DNA of 64,000 bases from a virus: positions 18,991 through 82,990 of the IMG/VR virus record IMGVR_UViG_3300029319_008466. One strand, written 5' to 3'. The notes beneath the pieces were generated by a model that was not told the DNA's origin, searched no databases, and saw only the letters and a list, made by a program, of their open reading frames with translations. Positions within the stretch are counted from its first letter, which is position 1; each line of letters begins with the position of its first letter. The translations under genes and the position numbers were made by a program. Of the stretch, positions 1 to 9,879 are shown piece after piece.

Positions 1-282
1 GTCAGAACGGTGAAAATGTCGTTAGAAAACGGAGATATGATTGAGCTATTAAATTATAAATCACATCCAGAAAAGCCCGATATGAGCAGAAAAATAACAC
101 AAATTGGATGCTCTCATGTTGCCCTAACTGTTCCCGATTTGGATGAATTATATAATAACTTAAAACGACAGCACGTTGTCTTTAATAGTCCTCCGCAGTA
201 TTCTCCTGATGGATATGCAAAGGTTACTTTCTGTAAAGATCCAGATGGGTCGCTTGTTGAATTAGTGGAGGTGCTGGTTTGA
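1..282 (+). CDS. VOC/glyoxalase-family protein (5'-truncated)
   Basis: Frame open from position 1; HVALTVPDLD and DPDGSLVELVE motifs typical of the C-terminal half of a VOC protein. Confidence 0.75.
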   Translation, partial: VRTVKMSLENGDMIELLNYKSHPEKPDMSRKITQIGCSHVALTVPDLDELYNNLKRQHVVFNSPPQYSPDGYAKVTFCKDPDGSLVELVEVLV

Positions 283-1019
283 GCTTTATAGAAAACTTGT
301 TTTCGTTGCAGGGGAAAGTCGCAATTGTAACCGGCTCGGCTCGTGGCAATGGTAAAGCAATTGCAGAAGGTCTGCTTTCGGCTGGTGCTACGGTTGTTGC
401 AGTTGATATAATAGAACAAGAGATTGGTTGCAAAAAAGTTTTATGTGATATTACGGACACAAAACAATTAAACAATTTGGTACAAAACACGATAGAAGAG
501 TATGGGAAAATTGATATATTAGTAAACAATGCCGGAGTTAGTCTTGGAAGTGAGGATGAAGAGTACCCAGATCATCTTTGGGAAAAAACATTAGATGTCA
601 ATATTACGGCACCATTTAGGCTGACAAAGCTTGTTTCCGAACACATGAAAGGTCAAAATAGCGGATCGATAATAAACATAACAAGCTTAAATGCCGAGCT
701 TGCATTTCCAAACAACCCTGCTTATATGGCATCTAAGGGTGCGTTAAAACAATTTACAAAATCACTGGCATATGATTTGGGGTCTTACGGAATTCGTGCC
801 AATAATGTTGGTCCCGGTTATATCAAAACTGATATGACTAAAAAAAGCTGGAAAGATCCAGAAATGAATAAAATAAGAAAAAATAGAACTTTATTAGGTA
901 GATGGGGATATCCAGAGGATTTGGTGGGAACAGTTGTATTTTTATCTTCTAATGCTTCGCGTTTTGTAACTGGTCAGGATTTATATGTGGATGGCGGCTG
1001 GCTCATGAAGGGATTATAA
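279..1019 (+). CDS. Classical SDR oxidoreductase (gluconate 5-dehydrogenase/FabG-like)
   Basis: TGSARGNG, LVNNAG, YMASK and VDGG motifs; TTG start after GGAGG. Confidence 0.9.
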   Translation: MSFIENLFSLQGKVAIVTGSARGNGKAIAEGLLSAGATVVAVDIIEQEIGCKKVLCDITDTKQLNNLVQNTIEEYGKIDILVNNAGVSLGSEDEEYPDHLWEKTLDVNITAPFRLTKLVSEHMKGQNSGSIINITSLNAELAFPNNPAYMASKGALKQFTKSLAYDLGSYGIRANNVGPGYIKTDMTKKSWKDPEMNKIRKNRTLLGRWGYPEDLVGTVVFLSSNASRFVTGQDLYVDGGWLMKGL

Positions 1020-1020
1020 A

Positions 1021-1812
1021 ATGCACTATAATTTTACAGCTTTTGATGAATTTGAGATATTTTCTTCCAAGAGCAATATAGAGCAATATAGAGAGTTTAA
1101 GCTCAACGAAGTTCAGAAAAATGTTTCTTTTATAAAAAGGCATTTTAAAAACAAAATAGATGTTTTAGAGATTGGCTCTGGAAATTCAAAGTTCTTATAT
1201 GCTTTGGAGCAACACAATCTTTTGAATTTTGGATATGGCGTAGATGTCAGCAAGAGCAGAGTGGACTTTGCTGACGAATGGAAGAGGGATTTAAGATTAA
1301 ATAATATACACAACATGCACAAAAATATATTAGATTCAGATATGAGTGAGTTCCCACAAGTTGATTTAATATATTGTGTCGATATGGCCTTTCAACTTTT
1401 CGATCCAGCGTCTCAAGGCAGTGATATAAAATTTTTAAATAGTTGCTATAAAAAACTAAAGAAGGGGGGTAAAATAATATTAGAACTGGACAACAATAGT
1501 AAAATATTAAAAAGCCTTGAAAACAACGAGGCCAAGTTATGGCAGGAGTTTGACAGCTCAGATCCCTGGAGGTATCTGTTGTGGGATTGCAACTATGAAC
1601 CAAAAAGATCGTATTTACATATCAAAAAAACTTTTATAAAAAGAGATCTATCTGAAATTTCTAGAAATAACATATGTTTAAGAGTTTATACACACAACGA
1701 CATAATTAATATACTAGACAAACTTTCTTTTAAAAAAATGCAAATATATAACCACTGGGATAAGAAAGGCGACATGTCTGATGATGAATTTATAATTATA
1801 GGAGAAAAATAA
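1021..1812 (+). CDS. Class I SAM-dependent methyltransferase
   Basis: Motif I VLEIGSGNS, GVDVS, LKKGGKIIL. Confidence 0.8.
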   Translation: MHYNFTAFDEFEIFSSKSNIEQYREFKLNEVQKNVSFIKRHFKNKIDVLEIGSGNSKFLYALEQHNLLNFGYGVDVSKSRVDFADEWKRDLRLNNIHNMHKNILDSDMSEFPQVDLIYCVDMAFQLFDPASQGSDIKFLNSCYKKLKKGGKIILELDNNSKILKSLENNEAKLWQEFDSSDPWRYLLWDCNYEPKRSYLHIKKTFIKRDLSEISRNNICLRVYTHNDIINILDKLSFKKMQIYNHWDKKGDMSDDEFIIIGEK

Positions 1813-3422
1813 TGGCAAAACAAGATAAGGTTCGTAAAACACCACAAATTAAGCCACCAGTTTTTTCGGCAAATGTGGATTTCAAACCAAAAAAAAATAA
1901 AGGATATCAAAACAGGGTACTTTTATTAAATCCTCCGACCGATAGAACTCAATTTGTGGGATCTGACAATTATTTCCCTCTTGGGCTCATAATGCTTGCA
2001 ACAGTTCTTCGAGGAAATGATGATGTAGCAGAAATTATGGATATTAATAATGATTTCTTTCATCGTGATTTGGATGATGATCTTTTTATACAATATATGA
2101 ATGAGGTTGTACTACCATATGTTGAAGAATTCAAGCCCGATATGGTTGGCATTGGCGGCACTTTTTCTGGAGCATTTAAATATACGAAAATTATTGCAAG
2201 AATGGTGAAAAATAAGTTTCCAACCATCCCCACTATCGTAGGTGGAAATCATGCTAGCACATTTAAGGGAATGGTACTGGAAAGGTTTAGGTATATAGAT
2301 TATGTTATGATTGGGGAGGGAGAATATACTTTTCCTGAATTTTTACACTCAGTTATACACAAAAACAACGAAGGGCTTGAGCTTGTTGATGGCATATGTT
2401 ATAGAAAAGGCGGACACAGAGCGGTGCCCTATGATGTATCACTTCAGGACGACCACACACCGGCAGCCGAAATTATTACACAACAAAAGAAATTTTATAT
2501 TAATAATTTAGATGAATTGCCAAAACCGGATTTTGACATTGTTGGTGTTGATAAATATTATATGGATACATCAGATTGGTATAATCCTCACAATATAGAA
2601 GTTGGACAACCATTTCCCATTATATCCAGTAGAAGTTGTCCCATGAGATGCACATTTTGTAATATGTGGCACGTCCATGGTCCAAAAATAAGATATAGAA
2701 GCGCAGAAGATGTTGTTGACGAAATAGAATATTTATATCACACACACAATGCAAGATATTTCCAATTTATGGATGATAACTTTACATTTGATAAAAAACG
2801 TGTTATTAAAATGATGACCGAGATTAAAAGAAGAGGATTGAAAATCTCATATGATACTCCGAACGGTATTGCAATTAATCGACTGGACGAGGATGTTATT
2901 CGAGCAATGGTAGAAGGTGGTTTGATTAGAATAAGCATTGCAATTGAGAGCGGTTCACAAAAAATAAGAGAGATTATGATGAAAGGCCTCAAACAAGACA
3001 AGATTTATGAAGCGGCGAATGAATTGGCAAAGTATCCACACGTATTTGTAAAAGCATTTTTTATTGTTGGAATGCCCGAGGAAACAGAAGAGACCTTAGA
3101 AGAAACAAGAAGTATGATTAAAACTCTTCCAATAGATAAATTCTCTATCAATTACGCTACGCCATTTCCTGGTACTGCATTGTTTAATCAATGTAAAGCA
3201 AAGGGAATGTTGCGCTATGAAGTAGAAGACTATGTTGAGATTGATGGTCATCAATTAAGATCAGATAGACCTCATTTTAAGCCATACGAATTAACCGAAC
3301 AGCAATTGATGGATTTTATTGAGTGGGGTGATGAGTATATTAAAACACTCCCAGATAAGACCGGAAAATATGACCCACGAGGTGCTGGCGACATTGCCTC
3401 CTATGGTAGTGTATTTAACTGA
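1812..3422 (+). CDS. Cobalamin-binding radical SAM protein (class B methyltransferase-like)
   Basis: N-terminal B12-binding domain (PLGL, VGGNHAS, GEGE); SRSCPMRCTFC (CxxxCxxC); DDNF, IESGS and FIVGMP motifs. Confidence 0.9.
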   Translation: MAKQDKVRKTPQIKPPVFSANVDFKPKKNKGYQNRVLLLNPPTDRTQFVGSDNYFPLGLIMLATVLRGNDDVAEIMDINNDFFHRDLDDDLFIQYMNEVVLPYVEEFKPDMVGIGGTFSGAFKYTKIIARMVKNKFPTIPTIVGGNHASTFKGMVLERFRYIDYVMIGEGEYTFPEFLHSVIHKNNEGLELVDGICYRKGGHRAVPYDVSLQDDHTPAAEIITQQKKFYINNLDELPKPDFDIVGVDKYYMDTSDWYNPHNIEVGQPFPIISSRSCPMRCTFCNMWHVHGPKIRYRSAEDVVDEIEYLYHTHNARYFQFMDDNFTFDKKRVIKMMTEIKRRGLKISYDTPNGIAINRLDEDVIRAMVEGGLIRISIAIESGSQKIREIMMKGLKQDKIYEAANELAKYPHVFVKAFFIVGMPEETEETLEETRSMIKTLPIDKFSINYATPFPGTALFNQCKAKGMLRYEVEDYVEIDGHQLRSDRPHFKPYELTEQQLMDFIEWGDEYIKTLPDKTGKYDPRGAGDIASYGSVFN

Positions 3423-3433
3423 CAGAGGTGTAA

Positions 3434-3790
3434 GTGTCAAGTTTGAAAATGAATTATGTCCCTAAAGGGTGGGGATTTGAGAAGTGGATTGTAAATTGCG
3501 ATGAATATTGTGGAAAATTACTTTATTTTGTTAAAGGCAAACGATGTTCTTGGCACTACCACGAACTAAAAGATGAAGTTTTCTATATTCAGTCTGGGAA
3601 AATGTTGGTAAAATATTCTGATGATGACGATATTGAAAATGCAAAAGAACTAATATTAGAAAAAGGCGATAACTTTCACGTTTATCGAGGGTTGCGCCAT
3701 CAAATGATTGCTCTGCAAGATACAGAATTGTTTGAGTTTTCAACCCAACACTTTGATAGTGATAGCTATAGGATTCAAAAAGGTGATTGA
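3434..3790 (+). CDS. Cupin-fold sugar isomerase-like protein
   Basis: PKGWG-E, SWHYHELKDEVFYI and LRHQM cupin motifs; start may be ATG 3449. Confidence 0.8.
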   Translation: MSSLKMNYVPKGWGFEKWIVNCDEYCGKLLYFVKGKRCSWHYHELKDEVFYIQSGKMLVKYSDDDDIENAKELILEKGDNFHVYRGLRHQMIALQDTELFEFSTQHFDSDSYRIQKGD

Positions 3791-4095
3791 TGATTTATTA
3801 CATCGATATAGATGAGACAATCTGCTATTATGACGGAGACAGACATTATCCAGATGCTCTGCCAAATCAGGAAAGGATAAGCAAGATTAACGCCCTATAC
3901 GATGAAGGGCATAAAGTTGTTTATTGGACTGCCCGAGGCGGAACCACCGGAATTGACTGGACAGACACAACACGCGAACAGTTAATCAAATGGGGTGCAA
4001 AACACGACGAACTAAAAATGTGGAAGCCAGCATATGATGTTTTTATATGTGATAAGGCAATAAATTCAGAGAGGTTTTTCAATGAAGAAGGTTAA
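3787..4095 (+). CDS. Small HAD-superfamily phosphatase (capsule-biosynthesis phosphatase-like)
   Basis: DIDETI motif I, WTARG motif II, KP..DVFICDKA motifs III/IV. Confidence 0.8.
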   Translation: MMIYYIDIDETICYYDGDRHYPDALPNQERISKINALYDEGHKVVYWTARGGTTGIDWTDTTREQLIKWGAKHDELKMWKPAYDVFICDKAINSERFFNEEG

Positions 4096-4996
4096 GGTTA
4101 ATTTATTTGACAGCCTGGGTCCAGACAATTATTATGAGTATTGGCAAAGCCACAATTTTTCTAGTGAATTCGAGCCCAAGAAAGTTCAATGGGTTTATGA
4201 AAGCCGTGGTAAGGGGTATGAAAAATATGATGGTGTCACAGTTTTTACAGACAAAGATATACTGTCTCCGTGGGTTGATCGGGTTGATACAAAATATAAA
4301 ATAGCATGGCTCGTAGAGTGCAAAGCGATTCATCCTTTTTCATATAAACAAGTTGTACAATTTGAAGATAAGTTTGATTATATTTTTACCTTCGACGAAG
4401 AGTTGTTAAAAAGGGGTGACAAGTATATTAAAAACCTTATAGGGACTTCCCGAGTTTCAAATGAAGATGCGGGTGTACACCCTAAAACAAAGCTTCTGTC
4501 ACTAATCGCATCAAAAAAACAATGGACAAAAGGGCACAAACTTAGACATATTGTAGCGGAATCTATCAAGGATAAATATCCTGTGGACCTCTGGGGCACT
4601 GCGTATAAGCCATTTGGACTAAACAATCAGGGTCTTTCCGCCGCTGCAATCCGAGAGGGTAAAAGCGAGCCATTAAGAGATTATAATTTTAGCATTACAA
4701 TAATGAACTCGAAAGAAAATAATTATTTTACCGAAACTTTAGTCGATGTTTTCAGACATGGAACAATACCGATTTTTTGGGGTTGTGAAAACATTGGAGA
4801 ATACTTTAATGAAAAGGGAATTTTAAAATTTAATAGTGCCTCTGAATTAATAACGATACTTGACAACTTAACTCCAGAGTTGTATAATGAAAAAATAGAA
4901 TACGTTAAAGAAAATTATGAATTAGCAAAAAAGTATGTTTCTATGGACGATACTTTTGCAACCAATTTAATTGAAAGGGTATTGAAAAATGAGTAG
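4082..4996 (+). CDS. Glycosyltransferase, GT10 (alpha-1,3-fucosyltransferase)-like
   Basis: YNFSITIMNSKENNYFTETLVDVFRHGTIPIFWG resembles the GT10 donor-binding motif, with substitutions. Confidence 0.7.
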   Translation: MKKVKVNLFDSLGPDNYYEYWQSHNFSSEFEPKKVQWVYESRGKGYEKYDGVTVFTDKDILSPWVDRVDTKYKIAWLVECKAIHPFSYKQVVQFEDKFDYIFTFDEELLKRGDKYIKNLIGTSRVSNEDAGVHPKTKLLSLIASKKQWTKGHKLRHIVAESIKDKYPVDLWGTAYKPFGLNNQGLSAAAIREGKSEPLRDYNFSITIMNSKENNYFTETLVDVFRHGTIPIFWGCENIGEYFNEKGILKFNSASELITILDNLTPELYNEKIEYVKENYELAKKYVSMDDTFATNLIERVLKNE

Positions 4997-5399
4997 TAGA
5001 AAATATTTACCAACACTATCAGAACTGGTGGATAGGCTTTCAATTGTACAGTTAAAAGAAGTTTTTATTACAGAACACAAGGAAGAATATGCACAAGAGA
5101 TATCTGATATATGTCACGATATTGAAATAATATTGGAAAATTCGGATAGTATTACTGCCGATACGGTGCGTGCAATTGTGGTTTTATCACAAATGAACTT
5201 GCATATTTGGCATAATGAATCAAACTATCGAAAGGGAATTAAAGATGGCAACAACCTTGAGCTTACCCATGGGTTAAATGGAATTCGCAATACGGCAAAA
5301 AACAAGATACAAGAAATTGTTGGTGGTCGTAAAGATTACAAAATAGATTGTCTAGCGGCTGAGTTTAAGGATTGGGAAGTTAGTTGGAAAAATGATTAA
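4989..5399 (+). CDS. Conserved helical hypothetical protein of glycan clusters (DUF4254/DUF6165-like)
   Basis: ELVDRLSIVQLK, NLHIWHNE and NGIRN..KNKI pattern; coupled overlaps on both sides. Confidence 0.5.
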   Translation: MSSRKYLPTLSELVDRLSIVQLKEVFITEHKEEYAQEISDICHDIEIILENSDSITADTVRAIVVLSQMNLHIWHNESNYRKGIKDGNNLELTHGLNGIRNTAKNKIQEIVGGRKDYKIDCLAAEFKDWEVSWKND

Positions 5400-5865
5400 G
5401 GATGTGAAGTATTACGAGCCCGATGCTTATACAGATTATAGAGGTGATCTGTGGACTCTGTGGCAATCAGGAGATTGTGATTTAAGCTTTAATCATGATA
5501 AGGTTTCCACTTCTCGTAAGAATGTGCTTCGCGGAATTCATGGCGATTTTAAATCTTGGAAATTAGTAACTTGTTTACATGGAGAACTGTACTTTGTAAT
5601 GGTTGACAATCGCAAAAATTCTGAAACCTATAAAATGTGGAATTGGACAATACTAAGCCCCCACAACAAGAAACAAGTTCTTTTACCACCTGGCGTCGGC
5701 AATGGTTTTTTGGTTTTAAGTGATCATTCTGTTTTTCATTATAAGTGGGCATATGAAGGAAAATACCCAGATGTACAAGATCAGTTTACTATTAAATGGA
5801 ATGATTCGTCCATAAATATTGATTGGCCAATTACAAACCCTATTTTACAACCAAGAGATAAATAA
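5392..5865 (+). CDS. rmlC: NDP-4-keto-6-deoxyhexose 3,5-epimerase (RmlC family)
   Basis: DYRG, NVLRGIHG, LPPGVGNGF and IKWND..INIDWP motifs. Confidence 0.85.
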   Translation: MIKDVKYYEPDAYTDYRGDLWTLWQSGDCDLSFNHDKVSTSRKNVLRGIHGDFKSWKLVTCLHGELYFVMVDNRKNSETYKMWNWTILSPHNKKQVLLPPGVGNGFLVLSDHSVFHYKWAYEGKYPDVQDQFTIKWNDSSINIDWPITNPILQPRDK

Positions 5866-6497
5866 TGAATGTAAAAATACCACCTCATTTGCGGAAAGTG
5901 AGGGATGTAAGTTTAACTCCGCAAGAACTAATTGATTTTGAAGCAAAGGTCAGAGACTATTATGAAGCTGGTAAAATTAAAGGACCAATTCATTTAGCTA
6001 AAAACAATGAAAATGAACTAATACATATTTTTCAATATATCAGCAAAGATGATTGGGTTTTTGTGCCATGGAGAAATCATTATCAGGCGCTTTTGCACGG
6101 AGTGAATCCAGACAAACTATTAAATTGGATCATAGAGGGCAGGAGTATGGGCACTAATAATGTAAATCCAAATTTTTATGCATCATCTATTGTGGGAGGT
6201 ATTATTCCTATCGCTGTGGGTGCCGCTGTAGCCCTTAAGAGAAAAGAAACGACTCGTCGTGTGTGGTGTTTTGTGGGAGACATGACAATGGAAACTGGCG
6301 TGTTTCATGAGGCATATAAATATGTTAAGAACTTTGATCTACCATTACAGTGGGTTATAGAGGATAATAATATGAGCGTTCACACTCCTACCGAAATGGC
6401 GTGGAATAATAAACAAAGAGTTCCTGAAGATGTAATCTATTATGAGTATGAAATGGGCTATCCTCATCACGGAACTGGCAAGTGGGTGAATTTTTAA
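5865..6497 (+). CDS. ThDP-dependent enzyme, E1-alpha-like subunit (short, 210 aa)
   Basis: GPIHL, WRNHY, SSIVGG; ThDP motif GDM-x-EDNN; YPHHG. Confidence 0.85.
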   Translation: MNVKIPPHLRKVRDVSLTPQELIDFEAKVRDYYEAGKIKGPIHLAKNNENELIHIFQYISKDDWVFVPWRNHYQALLHGVNPDKLLNWIIEGRSMGTNNVNPNFYASSIVGGIIPIAVGAAVALKRKETTRRVWCFVGDMTMETGVFHEAYKYVKNFDLPLQWVIEDNNMSVHTPTEMAWNNKQRVPEDVIYYEYEMGYPHHGTGKWVNF

Positions 6498-6498
6498 A

Positions 6499-7035
6499 AT
6501 GCGCTATAAAGAAGAAATTATTAGAGCAATGAATTGGCTTGCAGAGAAAGAAGATACCGTATTTTTGGGACAAGCTTGCAAGGTCAGTGGCCACGCTATA
6601 TCAAGTACTATTACAGACGTTCCACAAGAAAAACGTATTGAGCTTCCTGTATTTGAAGAAACACAACTCGGAATATCTACAGGCATGGCTTTAGAGGGTT
6701 ATGTGCCCATCACCATGTACCCCAGATTTGATTTTTTTATTTTAGCAATGAATCAGTTGGTCAATCATTTGGATAAAATGAGAGACATGTCAAAAAATGA
6801 CATGAAACCAAAAGTAATTATCCGTGTCGCTGTTGGGGCAAAAACACCAATTGATGCCGGACCACAACACACTCAAAACCATACTGATGCGTTGAGGTTA
6901 ATGCTTACTGATGTCAATGTTGTCGAACTTACAGAGCCAGAGCAAGTATTTCCATCTTTCAAAGAGGCATATGAAAGAGAAGACGGGCGAGCAACCTTGT
7001 TGGTAGAACATGGAGAGTTTTATGTCTCAAAATAA
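6499..7035 (+). CDS. ThDP-dependent enzyme, E1-beta/transketolase pyrimidine-binding subunit (no C-terminal domain)
   Basis: ELPVFEETQLG, GMALEG, NQLVNH and GPQHTQ motifs; only 178 aa. Confidence 0.85.
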   Translation: MRYKEEIIRAMNWLAEKEDTVFLGQACKVSGHAISSTITDVPQEKRIELPVFEETQLGISTGMALEGYVPITMYPRFDFFILAMNQLVNHLDKMRDMSKNDMKPKVIIRVAVGAKTPIDAGPQHTQNHTDALRLMLTDVNVVELTEPEQVFPSFKEAYEREDGRATLLVEHGEFYVSK

Positions 7036-8203
7036 ATTTAACTGGTCGTTAATTAATGACAACATCACCATTGAAGATAAGCTGGCAATGGTTTCGTTTA
7101 TATCTGCACCAAATGTGAGATTTACAAATGGAGCCAAGGTCAGAGAATTCGAATCAGCATGGTCGGAATGGGAGGGTGTTAAAAATACCACATTTGTAAA
7201 CTCTGGAGCCAGCGCCAATTATATTATGATGTCTGTCGTTAAAGAGTTGAAAGGCGCAGGCGAGGTTGTTGTTCCCCCTCTCGGCTGGGTTTCTGATATC
7301 TCTCCTGTTGTTAATTTAGGAATGACCCCTGTGTTTGTTGACATTGACCCTAAAACACTTTGCATCAGTTATGAAAACATAGTACAAGCAGTTACTGAAG
7401 AAACAGTGGCTATTGTTATTGTGCATGCTTTGGGGTTTAATGGTATTGATCAACGAATTATTGATTTTGCAAAAGAAAGACAAATCATACTTATTGAGGA
7501 TTGTTGTGAAGCCCACGGCGCGACATATAATGGACAAAGAGTAGGTAGCTTTGGAGATATGTCTAATTTTTCGTTTTATTTTGGACATCATATTACTACA
7601 ATTGAGGGCGGCGTTGTTTGTACAAACAACGACACGCTTCATGAGTATGTGAGACTTTTTCGTTCGCATGGCATGACGAGAGAAACATCAGCACAATTTC
7701 AAAAAGAATATCAAGAAAAGTATCCTAATTTAAATCCGTTATTCACTTTTGCCGTACCGGGATATAATATGAGAAATGCAGAAATTAATGCAGTTTTAGG
7801 TCTGCAACAAATGAAAAGACTTGATTACAATATCCAAAGAAGAATTGATAATATGAAATTATGGAATTCGAGTTTGAATTCTGCAATTTATTATACTGAT
7901 TTTATTTTGGAAGGTAATAGCAACTTTGCATTGCCGCTTGTTTTGAGGCAACCTAATAAAGAAAGATTTAATAATATTTGCTCCATTTTGGAACAAGAGA
8001 GGGTAGAATATCGAACGGGCACAGCGGGTGGTGGTAATCAAACGTTGCAACCTTATTTGGTGGAAGGTAAGTACGATTATAGAGTAGTCGGCGATCTAGA
8101 TTATGTAAACCACATCCACCACTATTCTTTATATATTGGGAACCACCCAGAATTAAAAGATAAACAAATTATTGAATTATGTAATAGGATTAACAATGTT
8201 TAA
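7022..8203 (+). CDS. PLP/PMP-dependent NDP-4-keto-6-deoxyhexose 3-dehydratase (ColD-like; DegT/DnrJ fold)
   Basis: NSGASAN and IEDCCEAHGA; FSFYFGHHITTIEGG has His at the position of the aminotransferase Lys; no RfbH-type Cys cluster; start placed at ATG 7022 after GGAG. Confidence 0.8.
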   Translation: MSQNKFNWSLINDNITIEDKLAMVSFISAPNVRFTNGAKVREFESAWSEWEGVKNTTFVNSGASANYIMMSVVKELKGAGEVVVPPLGWVSDISPVVNLGMTPVFVDIDPKTLCISYENIVQAVTEETVAIVIVHALGFNGIDQRIIDFAKERQIILIEDCCEAHGATYNGQRVGSFGDMSNFSFYFGHHITTIEGGVVCTNNDTLHEYVRLFRSHGMTRETSAQFQKEYQEKYPNLNPLFTFAVPGYNMRNAEINAVLGLQQMKRLDYNIQRRIDNMKLWNSSLNSAIYYTDFILEGNSNFALPLVLRQPNKERFNNICSILEQERVEYRTGTAGGGNQTLQPYLVEGKYDYRVVGDLDYVNHIHHYSLYIGNHPELKDKQIIELCNRINNV

Positions 8204-9155
8204 AAATAAAAGAGTGCTTGTAACCGGCGGCCACGGCATGATTGGTCGTGAGTTGGTGAAATTGTTGGTTGACCTTGGCGCACTTGTAACAGTCGCAGAT
8301 ATTAGTGAAAACACAAATCTTGAAGGAGTTGAATATAAACAAGTCGATTTATGCTTTTTTGACCAATGTATGGAAGTTTGTAAGGACCAGGAGATTGTTT
8401 TTAATTTAGCGGGCATTAAAGGTTCTCCAAAAATGTGCGCAGAACAACCCGCAGATTTTATGGTACCCATGCTTCAATTCAACACAAACATGATGGAAGC
8501 CGCCATGAAGCACGAAGTCGAGTGGTATTTATATACAAGCTCAGTCGGTGTATACAAGCCCGCAGAAGTCTTAAAAGAAGACGATGTTTGGTCCACGTTC
8601 CCATCGCCAAATGACAGATTTGCCGGATGGGCAAAAAGAATTGGAGAATTGCAAGCTGAAGCATATGCGATCCAACATGGTAAAAGCAATATATCAATTG
8701 TTAGACCTGCAAATGTGTATGGAAATAATGACAACTTTAATCCAGCAAACGCCATGGTTATTCCTTCGTTAATTAGAAAGGCTCATGAAAATGATGTTCT
8801 TGAGGTATGGGGTGATGGAACGGCAATCCGTGATTTTATTCATGCCAAAGATGTTGCACTGGGAATGCTCCACGTTGTTGAAAACGGAATTACAAAGCCC
8901 GTTAACTTAGGTAGTGGAGATGGCGTTGCGATTAAAACTATTGCTGAAATTGTTGCAAAGAGATTTGGTAAGGAAATAAAGTGGCTAACTGACAAGCCCA
9001 CAGGAGACGCCAGAAGAGTTTTTGATATGAGCAGGGCGTATGATTGTGGATTTAAACCAAGTGTTAGTGTTGAGAATGGCATTAATGATACAATTGATTG
9101 GTTTTTAGAAAATAAGGAAATAATCGACAAGAGATATAATGCCTTTACAAAATGA
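8196..9155 (+). CDS. Extended SDR, GDP-L-fucose synthase/epimerase-like (atypical)
   Basis: GGHGMIG, RPANVYG..DNF and VWGDGTAIRDFIH; the YxxxK position reads AGWAK; start placed at ATG 8196. Confidence 0.8.
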   Translation: MFKNKRVLVTGGHGMIGRELVKLLVDLGALVTVADISENTNLEGVEYKQVDLCFFDQCMEVCKDQEIVFNLAGIKGSPKMCAEQPADFMVPMLQFNTNMMEAAMKHEVEWYLYTSSVGVYKPAEVLKEDDVWSTFPSPNDRFAGWAKRIGELQAEAYAIQHGKSNISIVRPANVYGNNDNFNPANAMVIPSLIRKAHENDVLEVWGDGTAIRDFIHAKDVALGMLHVVENGITKPVNLGSGDGVAIKTIAEIVAKRFGKEIKWLTDKPTGDARRVFDMSRAYDCGFKPSVSVENGINDTIDWFLENKEIIDKRYNAFTK

Positions 9156-9879
9156 TAAAGTTTTAATCACCGGCACTAAAAGCGGACTCGGTAAGTATTT
9201 GTCAAAGCAGTTTACTGAGTGTTTTTGCCTCAACAGGGAAAACAAACAAGATGTTATAGATAAGGCGCTACAAGTACAATTAATTGTTCATTGTGCCTTT
9301 AACACAAAGCAAGACGCCAACACATATCAATTGTTAAAAGATAATATATTTTTAACAGAACAGTTGTGCAATTTAAGTTTAAGCCGCTTCTTTGACAACA
9401 AGTTTGTATATATTTCTTCCGTTGATGTGCATAATAAGAAAAAAACAAATTATAACACCATGAAGCTTTATGCAGAGTCTATTGTTAAAAATCATTGTAA
9501 TAATTATTTGATCCTAAGATGTCCCGCACTGTTGGGTGCCGACATGAGAAAAAACAATTTTCTCAAAATTGTTGAAGATAAAAATCCTAAACTATCTTTG
9601 ACAAAAGAATCAAGCTTTAATTTTATAACACACCATGATATACTTAAAATCATAAGATATGCTTATAATAACAACATAAGCGGCACCTATGATGTTGTTT
9701 CGCATGGAGATATTACTTTAGAACAAGTTGCCTCGATGTGTAAAAAATCTTGTTCATTTGGTGATTACACATACAATACACCAAACGTCACTAATCAAAA
9801 ACTTCTTGCTGATTTTGATTTTATGAATAAAAGTTCTGTGCAAGTGGTACAAAAATTTATAAAGGAACACTATGGCTGA
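9139..9879 (+). CDS. NAD-dependent epimerase/reductase (extended SDR, short)
   Basis: ITGTKSGLG, YISSVDV, YNTMK (YxxxK). Confidence 0.75.
   Translation: MPLQNDKVLITGTKSGLGKYLSKQFTECFCLNRENKQDVIDKALQVQLIVHCAFNTKQDANTYQLLKDNIFLTEQLCNLSLSRFFDNKFVYISSVDVHNKKKTNYNTMKLYAESIVKNHCNNYLILRCPALLGADMRKNNFLKIVEDKNPKLSLTKESSFNFITHHDILKIIRYAYNNNISGTYDVVSHGDITLEQVASMCKKSCSFGDYTYNTPNVTNQKLLADFDFMNKSSVQVVQKFIKEHYG

Noticed and set aside
5865-7035. Pyruvate dehydrogenase/transketolase as a central-carbon auxiliary gene
   Set aside because: Both subunits are truncated, there is no E2/E3 in the window, and the pair sits between RmlC and a sugar dehydratase; a sugar-branching role fits better
7022-8203. Ordinary DegT/PerA sugar aminotransferase
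   Set aside because: The catalytic Lys position is His (GHHITT), which indicates a 3-dehydratase
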